DNA of 63,370 nucleotides, the filler included, from Choristocarpus tenellus KU-1152 (Eukaryota; Protista; Phaeophyceae), in NCBI GenBank assembly GCA_964200185.2. It is 7 parts of 7 records of this genome, joined end to end, with 100 filler letters (N's around TTAATTAATTAA, not from the genome) between each part and the next. Parts side by side here need not be neighbours in the genome. Positions count along the whole stretch, not along the records: positions 40,047 to 51,576 come from CAXNAD020002277.1; positions 51,677 to 56,370 come from CAXNAD020013438.1; positions 56,471 to 60,191 come from CAXNAD020018306.1; positions 60,292 to 63,370 come from CAXNAD020022467.1; 3 more parts are not named here. One strand, 5' to 3'. Shown here piece after piece: positions 49,608 through 61,549 of this stretch. How positions within the stretch are numbered: position 1 is the first letter of the stretch; every line of letters begins with the position of its first letter. The notes under the pieces were generated by a model. The model was not told where the DNA came from. It did not search any database and saw only the letters and a program-made list of their open reading frames with translations. Position numbers and translations under genes: made by a program.

Positions 49608-52355
49608 CTACACATACGAGTTTAATGAAATATAGAGAAGATAGTTGTGTTGCATGTGAAGTATGTAGCTGCTCGTCAAGGTTGTCAAATGTTGATAACG
49701 CCATGTTCCCAATACTTGGAGGGTGATCCTCTCTTGTGCATGTGTTGTAGATGGTACGGCAATGATCCAGGAATAGACTGTGTTCTGTGCTTTATAGATG
49801 GTGGGTGAGTCAAAGTAAACTTATCTCTTAATATATATTATACTATACTATTCTATATTATACTTCAGTAACTCTGAGAGGAGGGTGCTGCTGAGTTGTA
49901 AGGGCCCCTACAGCTTTTGAATGATAAATGTTTTTGAAGTGATCAGTCCATAAGTGTGTGGAGTGTATTTTTGGTTTTTGTGTGAGTAGGTTCTGTTTGG
50001 AGGAACGTGTTATCCTTGTTGAAACCCTTGTTTTTGGGCGCCTTGAATCTTTAACAGGGTTGAAAAAAAAAAAAACTTTGAGAAACTCAGCATCGAGAAG
50101 ATGTATCGCTTTAACATCTTGGTTACATTTACTTCTTAAAGGTTGGTCTTGGTTGCAAGCAGTAGGAGAGCGTAGGATGGGGGTTGGATAGTGCTGTTGG
50201 GGGAGGTACACTGGGAGAGGCAATTTGCGCCGTTGGGATGGGGGTGCGCTTGAGTTGGAGAGATAAAAAGAGACGTGCTGGCTTTATTCGGGGGATAGTG
50301 AAATGCATACCTGTTAAGATGACTGTTGCCCCGAGATGATGAGGTCAATTTCCCTTGTTTGTAGTCACCCTGGCGGTTACCAAACTCCAGTTGAGGTAGT
50401 GATCGGTCGTCCACACGTTGGGCAACAACTGCTTAGTAGAGAAGTAATAATAATAATAATAGTTGTTATGATAGTGGTAGTAATAATAATAATATTGGTA
50501 GTTGTAATAATAGTAGTAATAACAATAGTAATAATGATAGTAGTAATATTATGGAAGTGGAAGCATTGTAGTGTAGGACTTTGTTAAGTCAGTGCTATGG
50601 TATGACTGCTAATAATGATAAAAAATGTTGATGGTATATGTGTAATCGGTTTGTATCATTCAATGGTAATGTGTACTGTTGTACCACTCCGCCGAGTGCC
50701 GACTTCAAGTTGAAGTGAAATGGGAAATTTCTTTACTTGTTGGCGGACCGTTGTGGCTTTGTAAATGGTTCTATTTAAATGTGCAATGTGTTCTGATTTG
50801 CGGAATAGTAATTGGGCAGAAGGAACCAGAAGAATTTTCCCTGGGACATGGACTGTTATAGAGCAGAAGGTGCCGAGTGTTGCCCTGACTGGAGAGATTG
50901 TGTGCAAGCCTTGTGCTAGACAGGGGTGTTAAAGAGCAAACGGACTCGGATGTTATTTGTGCAATGGATGTTATAGAGTCACTGACCCTTGGGTGTTATG
51001 CTGGTGATCGATGTTATAGGTCAGAAAAGGTTGAATGTTGTCTGAATATGGCTGGACTTTCTAGTATGGTGCAAGCATTTATGGTTACGGATTTTTTGAG
51101 GTGTGCAAATGTCCAGATGATACATAGCATGGTTGTGTGTTGAATTGAAACCTCTACATAGTATTGATAGCAGTAACAACTGCCCCACCTACACAGTGAG
51201 CAACTGCTCTCTCGTACACTCAGTCAAGAACATGTACATAGGTACATATACATACGTGCATATAGGGCAATTTTGTGTTGATATGTCATTGGCTACTCCA
51301 GAAAAATCTCAGTTATTCTGCTGAACACACAACTGGAGGGTCAGTTGGGTGGCATGGCAGAATCTGCTTTTTCACTGAAAGTGCAAGGTGTACCCCAAAT
51401 ATTGCCTACAGTTGCATGTGCAGTCATTAAGGTACCACTGCACCAAAATCGACTTCTAGCTATTTCTCTGCCCCTGATGCTGTGTACTGTAAGAAACTTG
51501 GTTAGATTTGATTGCAGTATAAACTTGTTATTGAATAGACGATCAGATTCTCAATGTATATTTATTATTCTGATACNNNNNNNNNNNNNNNNNNNNNNNN
51601 NNNNNNNNNNNNNNNNNNNNTTAATTAATTAANNNNNNNNNNNNNNNNNNNNNNNNNNNNNNNNNNNNNNNNNNNNCTTCTTTTTTAGGGGAGGGAGGGT
51701 TACAGGTGTGCTCTTTCTGTTTCTTTTTTTTTTTATTTATTTTTGTAATTATTTTCCCCCCCCCCCCCCCCCCCCCCTCCCTATACAAAGAATACATCAT
51801 TGCACACGCCTCCTTCTGTTAGCACATCCCCTATGAGTTCTTACTTTTGAAGATTATCTTCACTTTGTAGTCTTTGCGAGTGATGCATACTCATTTGTTT
51901 CTTAATTTAACACTTACTCTGGTTGGTATTAAGGTTTTCTGGCCCTACCTCAAAATGGACCTTACCTTGATTATTGTTTTTCCCTTGCCCTACTGCTGCC
52001 TCTATAAGTCTAACCCTAACCCCTTGAGTCAGGATTGTAATTGTCCTTGCCCTGTTTGACGTTGTTACTCTGGTGTCCTTGCCCCCCCCCTCCCCATTGT
52101 GATTGTCTTGACTCCTAATCTTCTGTGAGTTGAATCTGGTCGGAGTTTATTGATACAGTGTGTTGTGTTGCTGTAGCATCTCAGGACTTGACACATACAC
52201 ACAAACAAATTCGCATATAAACATATTCACATATAAACACACAAAAGTGAAAGTCCTGAACAAATACACTGACCTACGATACCCTGGTTTTATCTCATCA
52301 AACATGCCCTATCCCCCCTTTCATCTACGTCTACAACATCTACATCTACCAGCAG

Positions 52356-55300
52356 CCTAGTCCGTCTCCCAGGTTGAGTACTAGTGCTAGGCCATCATCA
52401 GCCAGGGGAACTACTAAAATGAAGAAATCAAAGCTGGTTTTGATACCCTCGAGCAATATCTTGGAAGGCGATGGACCCTCTAAAAAAAAGAAGAAACAGA
52501 AATCGGGTGGGGAGATGAGCATCAGTGGGAGTGGAGTTGATAGGGGCAGCAGCAGCAGTGGTGGTCGAGATGTTGCAGCTTCTGCGTTGGGAGGTAGAGA
52601 GGATGGGTCCAATGGGTGTGTGGCGACAGTTTCTGGGAAGGCAAAGGTGAAGGTGAAGGTGAAGGCAAAGGCTAAGGTTTTGCCTTCGGGTGGTGGGGTG
52701 AGGGGGACTGGGAAGGGAGCAAAGCGAAGCTTGTCAGGGGACAAAGAGAATGCTATGGGCAAGGTCAGTTGTTGTTTGGGATGGTGGGGAGGAATGAGGG
52801 TAGTAGGGATGGGGGGGGTACAGGGTACAGGTAAGATGGATGTTTTTTTTTGTGTGCGGTGATAGAATGTAGTAATAGTATCAAGTAATATTATCAGGTA
52901 ATAGTATTGAGTAGTAGTATCAGGTGATAGTGCCAAGAAATATTATCAGGTAATATTATCAAGTAATAGTATCAAGTTTTGGCAGTACAGTGTTGAATAA
53001 TTGCTGTGAAGACATTTGTATCTGTTTCAGGAGTGACTCGATAGCATTGGGCACTTTTCTGTACTTGGAGCCATTTGGGATTTAGTAATTTGTGTGATTT
53101 GAAACTGTCAGTATGCTGGTGTATATATATGGCAATGTTTTTGGAGGATGTTCGCAGCTGCAAGGGTGAGATAGAGGTTATGGTCACTAGAAGCAAAGCT
53201 GTTGTTACTTGTATCTGTCTTGAGAAGAGAGCTCACAAAAGATATCCTTGTGTCTCTGTGCACAAAGGAGGACATGCAGGTCGATATTGCTTTTTTTTAT
53301 TTTTTTTTGAGTTGTAATACACGGCATTAACACGACCTAGCAACTTAGGGTTAGGGTACTATTGTTGCCAAGAAATAAAAAGTCTCTTTGTAGTTATAGT
53401 CTGTGTTTGCAGTAGTATAATCTACGTACAGTCATTGCAAGTTTTGATTCTTAGTTTGATTCTTAGGTGTTAGCATATACTGTATTTTGTGTGTGTGTGT
53501 GCACTTTCTTTGAGTGCCAATACTGGTGTTTAGTATTCTAGCGGGGCTTTTGACCGAAGTCATGTTTTTTTTTGTTGGAAAATGGTTTGTCGGAACTTGA
53601 AAAAAAAATGGAACAGTTAAATTTTTTCTCTTTTTTTCTTTCTCTTTTTGGGTTGGGTATTGTAAGTGTGAGTGTTTTATTTGTTTGGCGATGTAGGTTA
53701 CACAAAGGGGAAATTCTTCACCTTGGTTGATATGTTTTTTTATTATTATGGTGTCCAACAAAGTAACTGTCGATTCTTGGTATCCAAAGGACTTGCTATT
53801 CTGCATAATTTGTGTCTAAGTACATTTGATGTTGTATGTACTATGCAGTATGCAGAGTGTTGTTTGCAGCCACAACACACTGCCATTGTGTTACGGTTGA
53901 TGGCAACGCCTTCCATAAATGTGTTTTTTTGTGTTTCTTGTGTTACATGTTGGTGAATTTGTTTGGTTCACTTGTGTGTTACACGGTGGTCGGTGGCAAT
54001 TTTATCAAGCAGAGTTGTTGTGGTTGAGGGTCTCAGTGAATATCCTTGTGGTCACTGTGGCTGGTGAGGTGAAAAGGTGTCTGGGGGGGGGGGTTCATAG
54101 ATGGTGTTGGGTTTTCCGCTGGAGGCGTTTCTTCTGTTTTGTTTGTGTGGTGTCTGGGTTACACTCCACTCTCAATGAAGATCGAATTTGGTATTTTTTT
54201 TCTCTAGGGTGCTTGCATACTGGTGTAATATATCAATCTGGAGAGAGGTTGGACAATTGACTCTTGATGTCATTTTGGAAGTATTTTCTCATGGCAAAAT
54301 TAGCTTCTTTTTTTTTGTAAAAAAACTTTTTTCTGTGAAAACTACAGTATGTGCAGCTTTAGAATTTTTTTCATTACTTTATTTTAACTTCTCTACAATT
54401 TTTTTGGGGTCAATATGTATCGAATGTATCACTGCATGTTTCTTCAAAAGTCGGGGACTTCTGATGGTTGTGTGTAGGTGATGTTTTTCCGACTCTCTTT
54501 TTCTCTTTTTTCTTTGTAACTAGTTTGAGTGGGAGTCATGATGCCATGGTGTGTACCTCGCAGGCGTTTCTCAATTTAATGAGACGGCATTCACGAGCTC
54601 GCATGTAGGAAGGAAGGGTGTTTGTGATTGGGTGCAATCTTCACTTGTCAGTTTCATTTAACTTCTATACTTCTATTATCCCCCCTGTAGAGTCCAGCGT
54701 ATTGATTTCTCTTTCTCCTCTAATGGTCAGTTGGACCATACCGTGAGAGGCAATAGACATGTAGTAATCCTTGGGGAGATGAAAGAGAGTGTTGTTAGAA
54801 AAAATTCCTTCAGAAGGGTATATTTTATACTTTATATTTTATTTATTTATTGTTGTACTAAACAAATGCCTTCGATTGAAATACTGGTTGGTCGGCATGC
54901 AATTGTAGGCACCTCCAATCAAGAACAAATCCTGTCAAGCTTGCAGGCAGGGTGGCCCAGGATGGGTTACCTGTGGTGGTTGATATGGTTGTTGCTATGT
55001 TGCTGGATCGTACTACAGCGAGTCAAACAATTTATTTATTATTTATTTATTTATTCAGTTTTGGTAGTGTTGTAATTTTTCTGTTTCCTGCATGAATTTT
55101 TTGGGTTCAAACCCCGTCAAGGCCAGTCTTTTTTTTCCCCTGTGGATACATGCATTTGAGAAGGAAAGAAGTCCATTGTTTTTGCAGGCATTGTGTGGTC
55201 TCTTGTAAGTAGCGATCTGCAGGGATTGAGGGAGAGTGGTGACCTGAAAATGTAATATTATGAAGATGTTCTAAAAAAATATTATATTTCAAGCAGAAAG

Positions 55301-55899
55301 GAGGTTGGGGAGGCGTGTGACAGGATAGGACAGACATCTGCTGGTGTGCTCCTAGCAATAGGTACTATTATCTTTTGGAGAATGGGAACAATTTTCTTGA
55401 GATATAGTTCAGTTACTTATTTGTTGATTGATGAAAACTGTAAGACAATTTTTGTTGATTCTTCCATTTAAAATATTCTTCCTGCAAAAAATTAGCAACC
55501 AATGGTACATGTGCTTCATTTTGCAGTGTGACCACCAGCAATCAACGTTTGTGCAACTTTTAAGGGGGGTGGTGTGATCTACATCGGCAACCCTATTTGT
55601 CTTCTCTCTTGAACCTGTTATGTAAGGGGTGTGTAAGGAATGTCTAACAAGTTTCCCTTGTTTTTGCAGGTGTTTAAAAAAAAAACTATTTTTGTTTTGA
55701 TTTCTGAGGGGTGTGTAATGATGGCCAATAGAAATGCTTGTCATGTTTAAGATAGAGAATTGACCAATTGCGGGTCTTGAATGTTGTGTTGTATTCAAAA
55801 CAGCAGCGAACTGGTACAGCAGGACGGAAGCATCTAACCCCTCTTGGAGGCAGTTTCCTCTCTGAACAGCCCAAGGAGATGATGGTTGTGGACCTGATG
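52356..55899 (+). CDS. Two internal exons (52356-52763, 55804-55899) of an unidentified gene with Lys/Ser/Gly-rich low-complexity sequence and putative NLS
   Basis: Both have CAGCAG acceptors, strong donors (AAG|gtcagt, ATG|gtgagt) and phase 0: PSPSPRLSTS...SKKKKKQKSG...DKENAMGK|QRTGTAGRKHLTPLGGSFLSEQPKEMMVVDLM. The contig is bounded by gaps. Confidence 0.55.
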
Positions 55900-57556
55900 G
55901 TGAGTGCATATTTTGTAGATGTGTGTGTATGTGTGTTGAGGAGGGGGGGGGGGGGGGGGGGGGGGGGGGAGGGGGGAGGTGGAAGGGGGGGGTAAGGGAT
56001 GTTGAGAATTGAGTCAGATTTATGTGTCTGCTTGAGTTTAAGGGAATAATTTTATTGTTCTATAGAGGTATTAATAATTTTAATGTATTTTGTATGTGAT
56101 GTGAACAGGGTAACAATTATTATATTATCACCATTGGATGAGTAATGTTTGTGAAAGATATCAATGACAATATGAATTATTGAATGGTATAGTGTATATG
56201 AACTATTGAATAGTATAGTAAATGTGAACTATTGGGTGGTATAGTGTATATGGACTATTGAATATGGATGTGAGGAATCACAGTGTATAGTTGCAGGGAG
56301 TAGCAGGGAAGGGTTGTGCACAAACGCCTCCTTTGTTGTTGCCTTGGTCCTCTTTCACCCCCCCACCCCCNNNNNNNNNNNNNNNNNNNNNNNNNNNNNN
56401 NNNNNNNNNNNNNNTTAATTAATTAANNNNNNNNNNNNNNNNNNNNNNNNNNNNNNNNNNNNNNNNNNNNATTTTGGGTCAAACCCATCCTCCATAGTAT
56501 GCTCCATCCTCAATTTTGCTGAAAGGCTGTTATTTATAGTACCCTCACCCGTCTATGAATGTATGTAGACATATTTGCACGCGTACCACTCACCTATCTC
56601 CCAAAGATGTACAAACGGACGACAGGTACAAAAATTGGTTTGAATTCCTCAACAATCATTTGTTCCTGTGGGCACAAGTTGTACAATCACAGTGCGTTTG
56701 ATGCGTCAACATCTCATCATTTTGTCGGACGATTCGTCCCCCACCACTCTCAGAAATGTGAATGGGTACAAACGAATGGGATCAACCACTGAAAGAGTTA
56801 AACTTGAATGCTTGATTTGTGAGGATGTGCTCCAACATGCACAACTCAGAATTAGGACAGGAGCAGTAGTTGATGATTTTAGGAAATTAATTTGTATGCC
56901 ACAAATGGGATTTGATTCGTCCGATGCGTGTGCTGTATATAACAAGATGAGTACCAGGTGTAGCTACCTGTGGATAGTACCAGTTGTTGTAATTGTTGTA
57001 CCACTCCAAATTCCCCCCCCCTCCATCTTCCATTATATTTATCTATACTTCAACAACCTTGCCAGAAGAATGGTTGTAGTATTGAGTGGATGGTCGGTCC
57101 AGGACGCGGTTTGTTTTTTTGTCACCTGGTCAGACTCTATGTTGTGATGTATTCATCGCCTCTCTATTGTATATTTTTGATCGTCTGTCAACCACGTGGA
57201 AGTCGAAATTATCAGCATACAACAGGTACATATAGTGGCAATGATTAATCATATACTCCCTAGGCCACGGCAATATTTACTAAAACAGGTATAAATAGTC
57301 CCCGGCTGTCTCTCTCCCTGATCATCGTGATGTTGCTGGGCAATGAGGCCACTAGACGGCGAAATATGTTCTCATCATACGTCACCCGTAGCCAGAATTT
57401 CCAAGGACAGGGGTTATATATGTTCAAGTCAACTCTAATGCTACTTTACTACTTCGAAGTGTGTCATAATACAGTATTATACTATTCCTGTGGTGGAAGC
57501 TACAACACTGCTGTAAATACTGCTACTGGTACTGCTGATTCTACAACTACTGTGGA

Positions 57557-58006
57557 GGTTCAAAGTATCTGGGGGTGGGAGGGTGGTGGCTGTCCATTTG
57601 GGGCCCATTTTTCCATTTCGCGATTTTTGCGTGATAAGTGAAAGTATCTTAGAGGGTACGAGTTTTGCCCTGTTTGTCCGTTTGGGGCCTGGCCTCCCAC
57701 AGGTTTTTAATGACATCTTCCTGCTCCAAAATGTTTCGGAGTAGGTAAAATGTATACGCTATGAAGAGGTTTGTCCAGAATAAGGATATTGACACTTCCT
57801 ATCAAATACGATAGCCAAAATTACATCAAAATCACAACATTGGATTTTGGCCCCAAAACGGACACGGCCCTACCCTCTAAGATGCTTTGACTCTGATATG
57901 GTTGCATGCGCTGGATGGGTGATGTATGTTCACTTCTCCTGTTCAGGGTCCGAATGGACACCCTGGTGTAGACCCCCTCCCCCCCCCTCTCCAGATACTT
58001 CGAGCC
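57557..58006. mobile_element. MITE family B copy 5, carrying a nested family A MITE
   Basis: GGTTCAAAGTATCTGG...CCAGATACTTCGAGCC; perfect TSD TGGA. Confidence 0.93.
57636..57893. mobile_element. MITE family A copy 6 (nested in B)
   Basis: Family A TIRs; perfect TSD TGAT. Confidence 0.95.
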
Positions 58007-58047
58007 TGGAAGAGGTCGTGAGAGAGTGAGGTGAGACCACACAGTGA

Positions 58048-58846
58048 GCCATAGCTGGGAGCCATCCCCACTTGGGAAAGCCCTCTCCTGTATTAAGAAA
58101 GCCGACCCCCATTTTTTCCATCGGATTTGTGGCACATTGGCAGACCGATTTACCGTTTTTGGCGGAGTGAAGGATATCAGGTGCACTTTAGGGCACTTTC
58201 ACCACGAGATTCCCACAGGCATTTGAAGCCATGCAAACTTGTGCCACTTTTGTGCATTATGGCCGAACCTTTGGCAAGTGTTTTGGAAGTTGTACTCCTA
58301 ATAGTGTGTGATAGTGTCATGTACCACTACGCAGCACATACATGCATTTGCTCGAGGTCAATGGTTTGAAATATGCACCACATTGTGGGTAATGTAGTCC
58401 CTTCAACAAAATGCCCTTAGCAAAGTGCCATGAATTGGGTAGTTGTGCAAAACTACATACACCTCATTCCTTGCCTGACAAGACAAGTACATATAACTGT
58501 GCTCCAGCAGGGACTCTTACATTAATCCATGGCTGCATGCACTGTGTAGTGGTAACATGGCACTATCGCATACTGTTGCAAGTGCAACTTCAATAAAACA
58601 GGTCAAAATTTTCCGAAATATTGCAGAACAACGCCTGGAGTTTGCAAGATCTGAAATACGTGCTGGAATCACTTGTTAAGCGTGCCTATCACATCGACCC
58701 AACTTGTGCCTGACATCCTTCACTCCACACGAAAAGTCGAAAAATTGGTTGATTGATATTCCTTAAAAGCAAATGGAAAATATGGATGGTGGCTTCCTCA
58801 CTAAGGGAGGGGCTCTCCAAGTGGAGGTGGTTCCCAAGTGCATGGC
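58048..58846. mobile_element. Non-autonomous element with long (~150 bp) degenerate inverted repeats (MULE/foldback-like)
   Basis: 58048-58195 aligns by eye with the reverse complement of ~58692-58846 (GGAGTGAAGGATATCAGG vs CCTGACATCCTTCACTCC; CCCCACTTGGGAAAGCCC vs GGGCTCTCCAAGTGGAGG). Confidence 0.65.
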
Positions 58847-59335
58847 AACAGCTCAAATTCGGCCATTGAAACCCCCTGCGCATGAGAGGTCTACAGAAGT
58901 ACCCTATCCTTATCCTGGAAGTCTGCAGTAGTAGTACATCCATCGTAGGTTTTTCTTGTGGCTTGTGTCAAGCAACCTGTCTCACCAGATAGTTCAGTTT
59001 TGCCAACAAAATTATGCATAGAAACTCTTCTTCTTCCGGATGCTCCTTACCATTTTATACATACATGCCTGTTGAGACGAGTGAATCCCATCCGTCCATC
59101 CACATGTCTATAATCCGTACCAACTCTCTTTCCTTGTGCATCTGCTTGAGCCACTGACTCTTGCTGTTTGTCTTCATATCTATAGGTGACGATAGGAGGG
59201 TATGAGTCATAAAGGGTTGCTGTTACAATATTTTTACAACCTTGACACCCCCCATAGGTTTGACCAACTCTAACTTATCGCAACTACTGGATCTCGTCTG
59301 TATCGCATGCCTGCTAGCCATGTTGCACCTCAATT

Positions 59336-60064
59336 GTTGTTCCGGACACACCTTTTCATAACGTATACATTTTGTTACAGGGTGGAAGTCTCGGTAGGAC
59401 CTCTATGTTACAGCACGCCCCCGAACTCACCTCTACAGGATGTGTAACTCAAATCCAACGACCTTTAAACGACGCTATGGGGACTTTGCCCTTCATAACA
59501 GTTTGTAGTGTGTCAGATAACCTTCTCTCTTGATATTCCAATCAGTGCTTAGCTCAAAGCTCGACTCAAAGTTTCGTTCAAGATAAAAAGACTGGCTAAG
59601 AGAGGTAAAGGATTTTGACCGAAAGCCCCCTTATTATTTTCATCATCCACTCTACTTCTTTGGTCTTCTATGCAATTGCTCTATACGTACTCCAATTATA
59701 CACCTTTATTCAGCAACTTCTTAAGAACTTTGACATTTTCTTCTGTAATGTTACGTATGCATTACGATTCTTACTCTCTATCTTCTACGAAACCAGCCTT
59801 TATTCTGTAAGGCTACCTATGTGTTACTAATCTTGTATACTGTTCACACTTGTTAGAACGCGAGAAACAATACTCGCACTATTCGCCTGTCACAAAGTTC
59901 GTGTTTGCTAAGACATGAGAAGAAATGCTCGCGCTATTCGCCTGTAACAATCTTACCTACTCCGAAACATTTCGGAGTAGGAAAATGTCATAAAAACCTG
60001 TGGGAAGCCAAACCCCAAAAGGACAAACAGGGCAAAACTCGTACCCTCTAAGATACTTTCACTC
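59336..60064. mobile_element. MITE family A copy 7, truncated at one end and split by a solo LTR
   Basis: TTGTTCCGGACACACCTTTTCATAACGTATACATTT resumes after the insertion as ATCTTACCTACTCCGAAAC...CCCTCTAAGATACTTTCACTC. Confidence 0.88.
59373..59949. mobile_element. Probable solo LTR (577 bp)
   Basis: Ends TGTTACAGG...CCTGTAACA (TG..CA with 9-bp inverted repeat); 4-bp TSD ATTT/ATCT; cleanly interrupts a MITE. Confidence 0.8.
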
Positions 60065-60546
60065 TACTCCCAAGCTACAAGGGCCGCATACTTATCTCTG
60101 TTTGTGCGGTAAGGAGCTGCAGAAGCAGAGAACAAGCAGCCACAATAGTAGTAGGAGTGGGAGTATCTTTCTATCACCAGTTAGCAGCAGCNNNNNNNNN
60201 NNNNNNNNNNNNNNNNNNNNNNNNNNNNNNNNNNNTTAATTAATTAANNNNNNNNNNNNNNNNNNNNNNNNNNNNNNNNNNNNNNNNNNNNCCACTACCC
60301 CACGCATCACTCCCCCCCTCACCCCCCTTGTCTGCCCTAATTCCTCCTCAACAAGGCCCCTGGTGCTCTTTCCACCTCATCCCCACCCTCTCTGACCAAG
60401 AATGTTGTGCTTAGTACCGTCAGTCAAGCTTCCATCCGACCCCCCCTCCCACTGACCCTTCTGCTCCTGTCCCAGTCCACTCTGCCACATCCATGCTCAC
60501 CTCACCAGCACCGTCCGATAATTAGGGCCAGGACTTCAATGGGTAT

Positions 60547-61100
60547 TTGTTGTACTACTTCACAGCAATGGCCATCAGCCTCCCACATGCCCACAACACA
60601 CACGGCACCACCACCCCCTTCATTGTCAACTCGGGCTGCACTGCTCACATAGCTAATCCTAACATTCTACCAGCCCTAACTGACTACCTATCCAACATCG
60701 CCCCCCTATTCCCACCCATCACACCATGTCTCGCAATTGGCGCCCACCAACTCCAAGCATGGCATCACACTACGTTCAACGGACACCTAAAGTATTGCCC
60801 CACTCTGCCTGCCTGTTCGTCATTCACTGTACTACTGGTTCCTGTTCTTGGTAGTCAACTCTACTCCACATCTGCGGCGGCCACTGTGAACTGGACCACT
60901 ATGCTATTCCACCACCCCTCACCTGTTCAACGGCACCTCCTACATCCCCCTCCGACTGACCGCTACCCTCTACCTCCTGGACTTCTCCCCACCTACCCTG
61001 CCCCCTACCATGTTCACCTCCACTGACCAGGCCATCACTGACCAGCACTGTACCCCCTCCTTTGCGATTCCAGGCGCCTCAACTCTCAGATCATCACACC
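60547..61100 (+). mobile_element. Decayed Ty1/copia pol fragment (aspartic protease region)
   Basis: FIVNSGCTAHI (cf. W/FIxDSGxxxHM, catalytic D to N) and VLLVPVLGSQLYSTSAA (cf. VLxVPxLxxNLxSVS). Confidence 0.7.
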
Positions 61101-61549
61101 CTCCCCCCTGCCCCTGTCGCTCAAACTCCTCCATCATCCTCCATCTCCCCTGCGGCTTCTGTTGCTCCCAACACACCTTAAGTCCACCCTGACGACCCTT
61201 CCATCTCTGAGGTCTACCCCACCCTTTCTCCTAGCTCTCATGCACAGTAACATGACCTCCGTCGCCTGAACTCCTTTAGCTATCCTTGTCTCCCAAGGGA
61301 ATCCCTCGGTGATTACGTCCCTCTTCGCTCACCCAGGAATCCATGCTGGGGCATCCTCTGTGACCACTATAATCTCCCCTGTCAAACAATCCCTCACTGC
61401 CCTTGGGCTTACCCTTAGTGTTAACGACCTCAAAGACTGGGACCAGAATTCCATGGGGACCTTGCTTCATAACTTGGAAATCGATGTCAGCACAGTTTTA
61501 CACCCGTATCCACCAGATAGCCACAAGGCACTGGTGGTCGAATGCAAGA

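Noticed and set aside
52346-52936. 196-aa minus-strand ORF
   Set aside because: Antisense shadow of the + strand low-complexity exon 52356-52763 and G-rich intron.
17355-60291. Recurrent TTAATTAATTAA palindrome flanked by N-runs, and adjacent long poly-C/poly-G tracts
   Set aside because: Artificial scaffolding linker with six-frame stops. Homopolymers at contig ends are where assemblies break and their lengths are unreliable.
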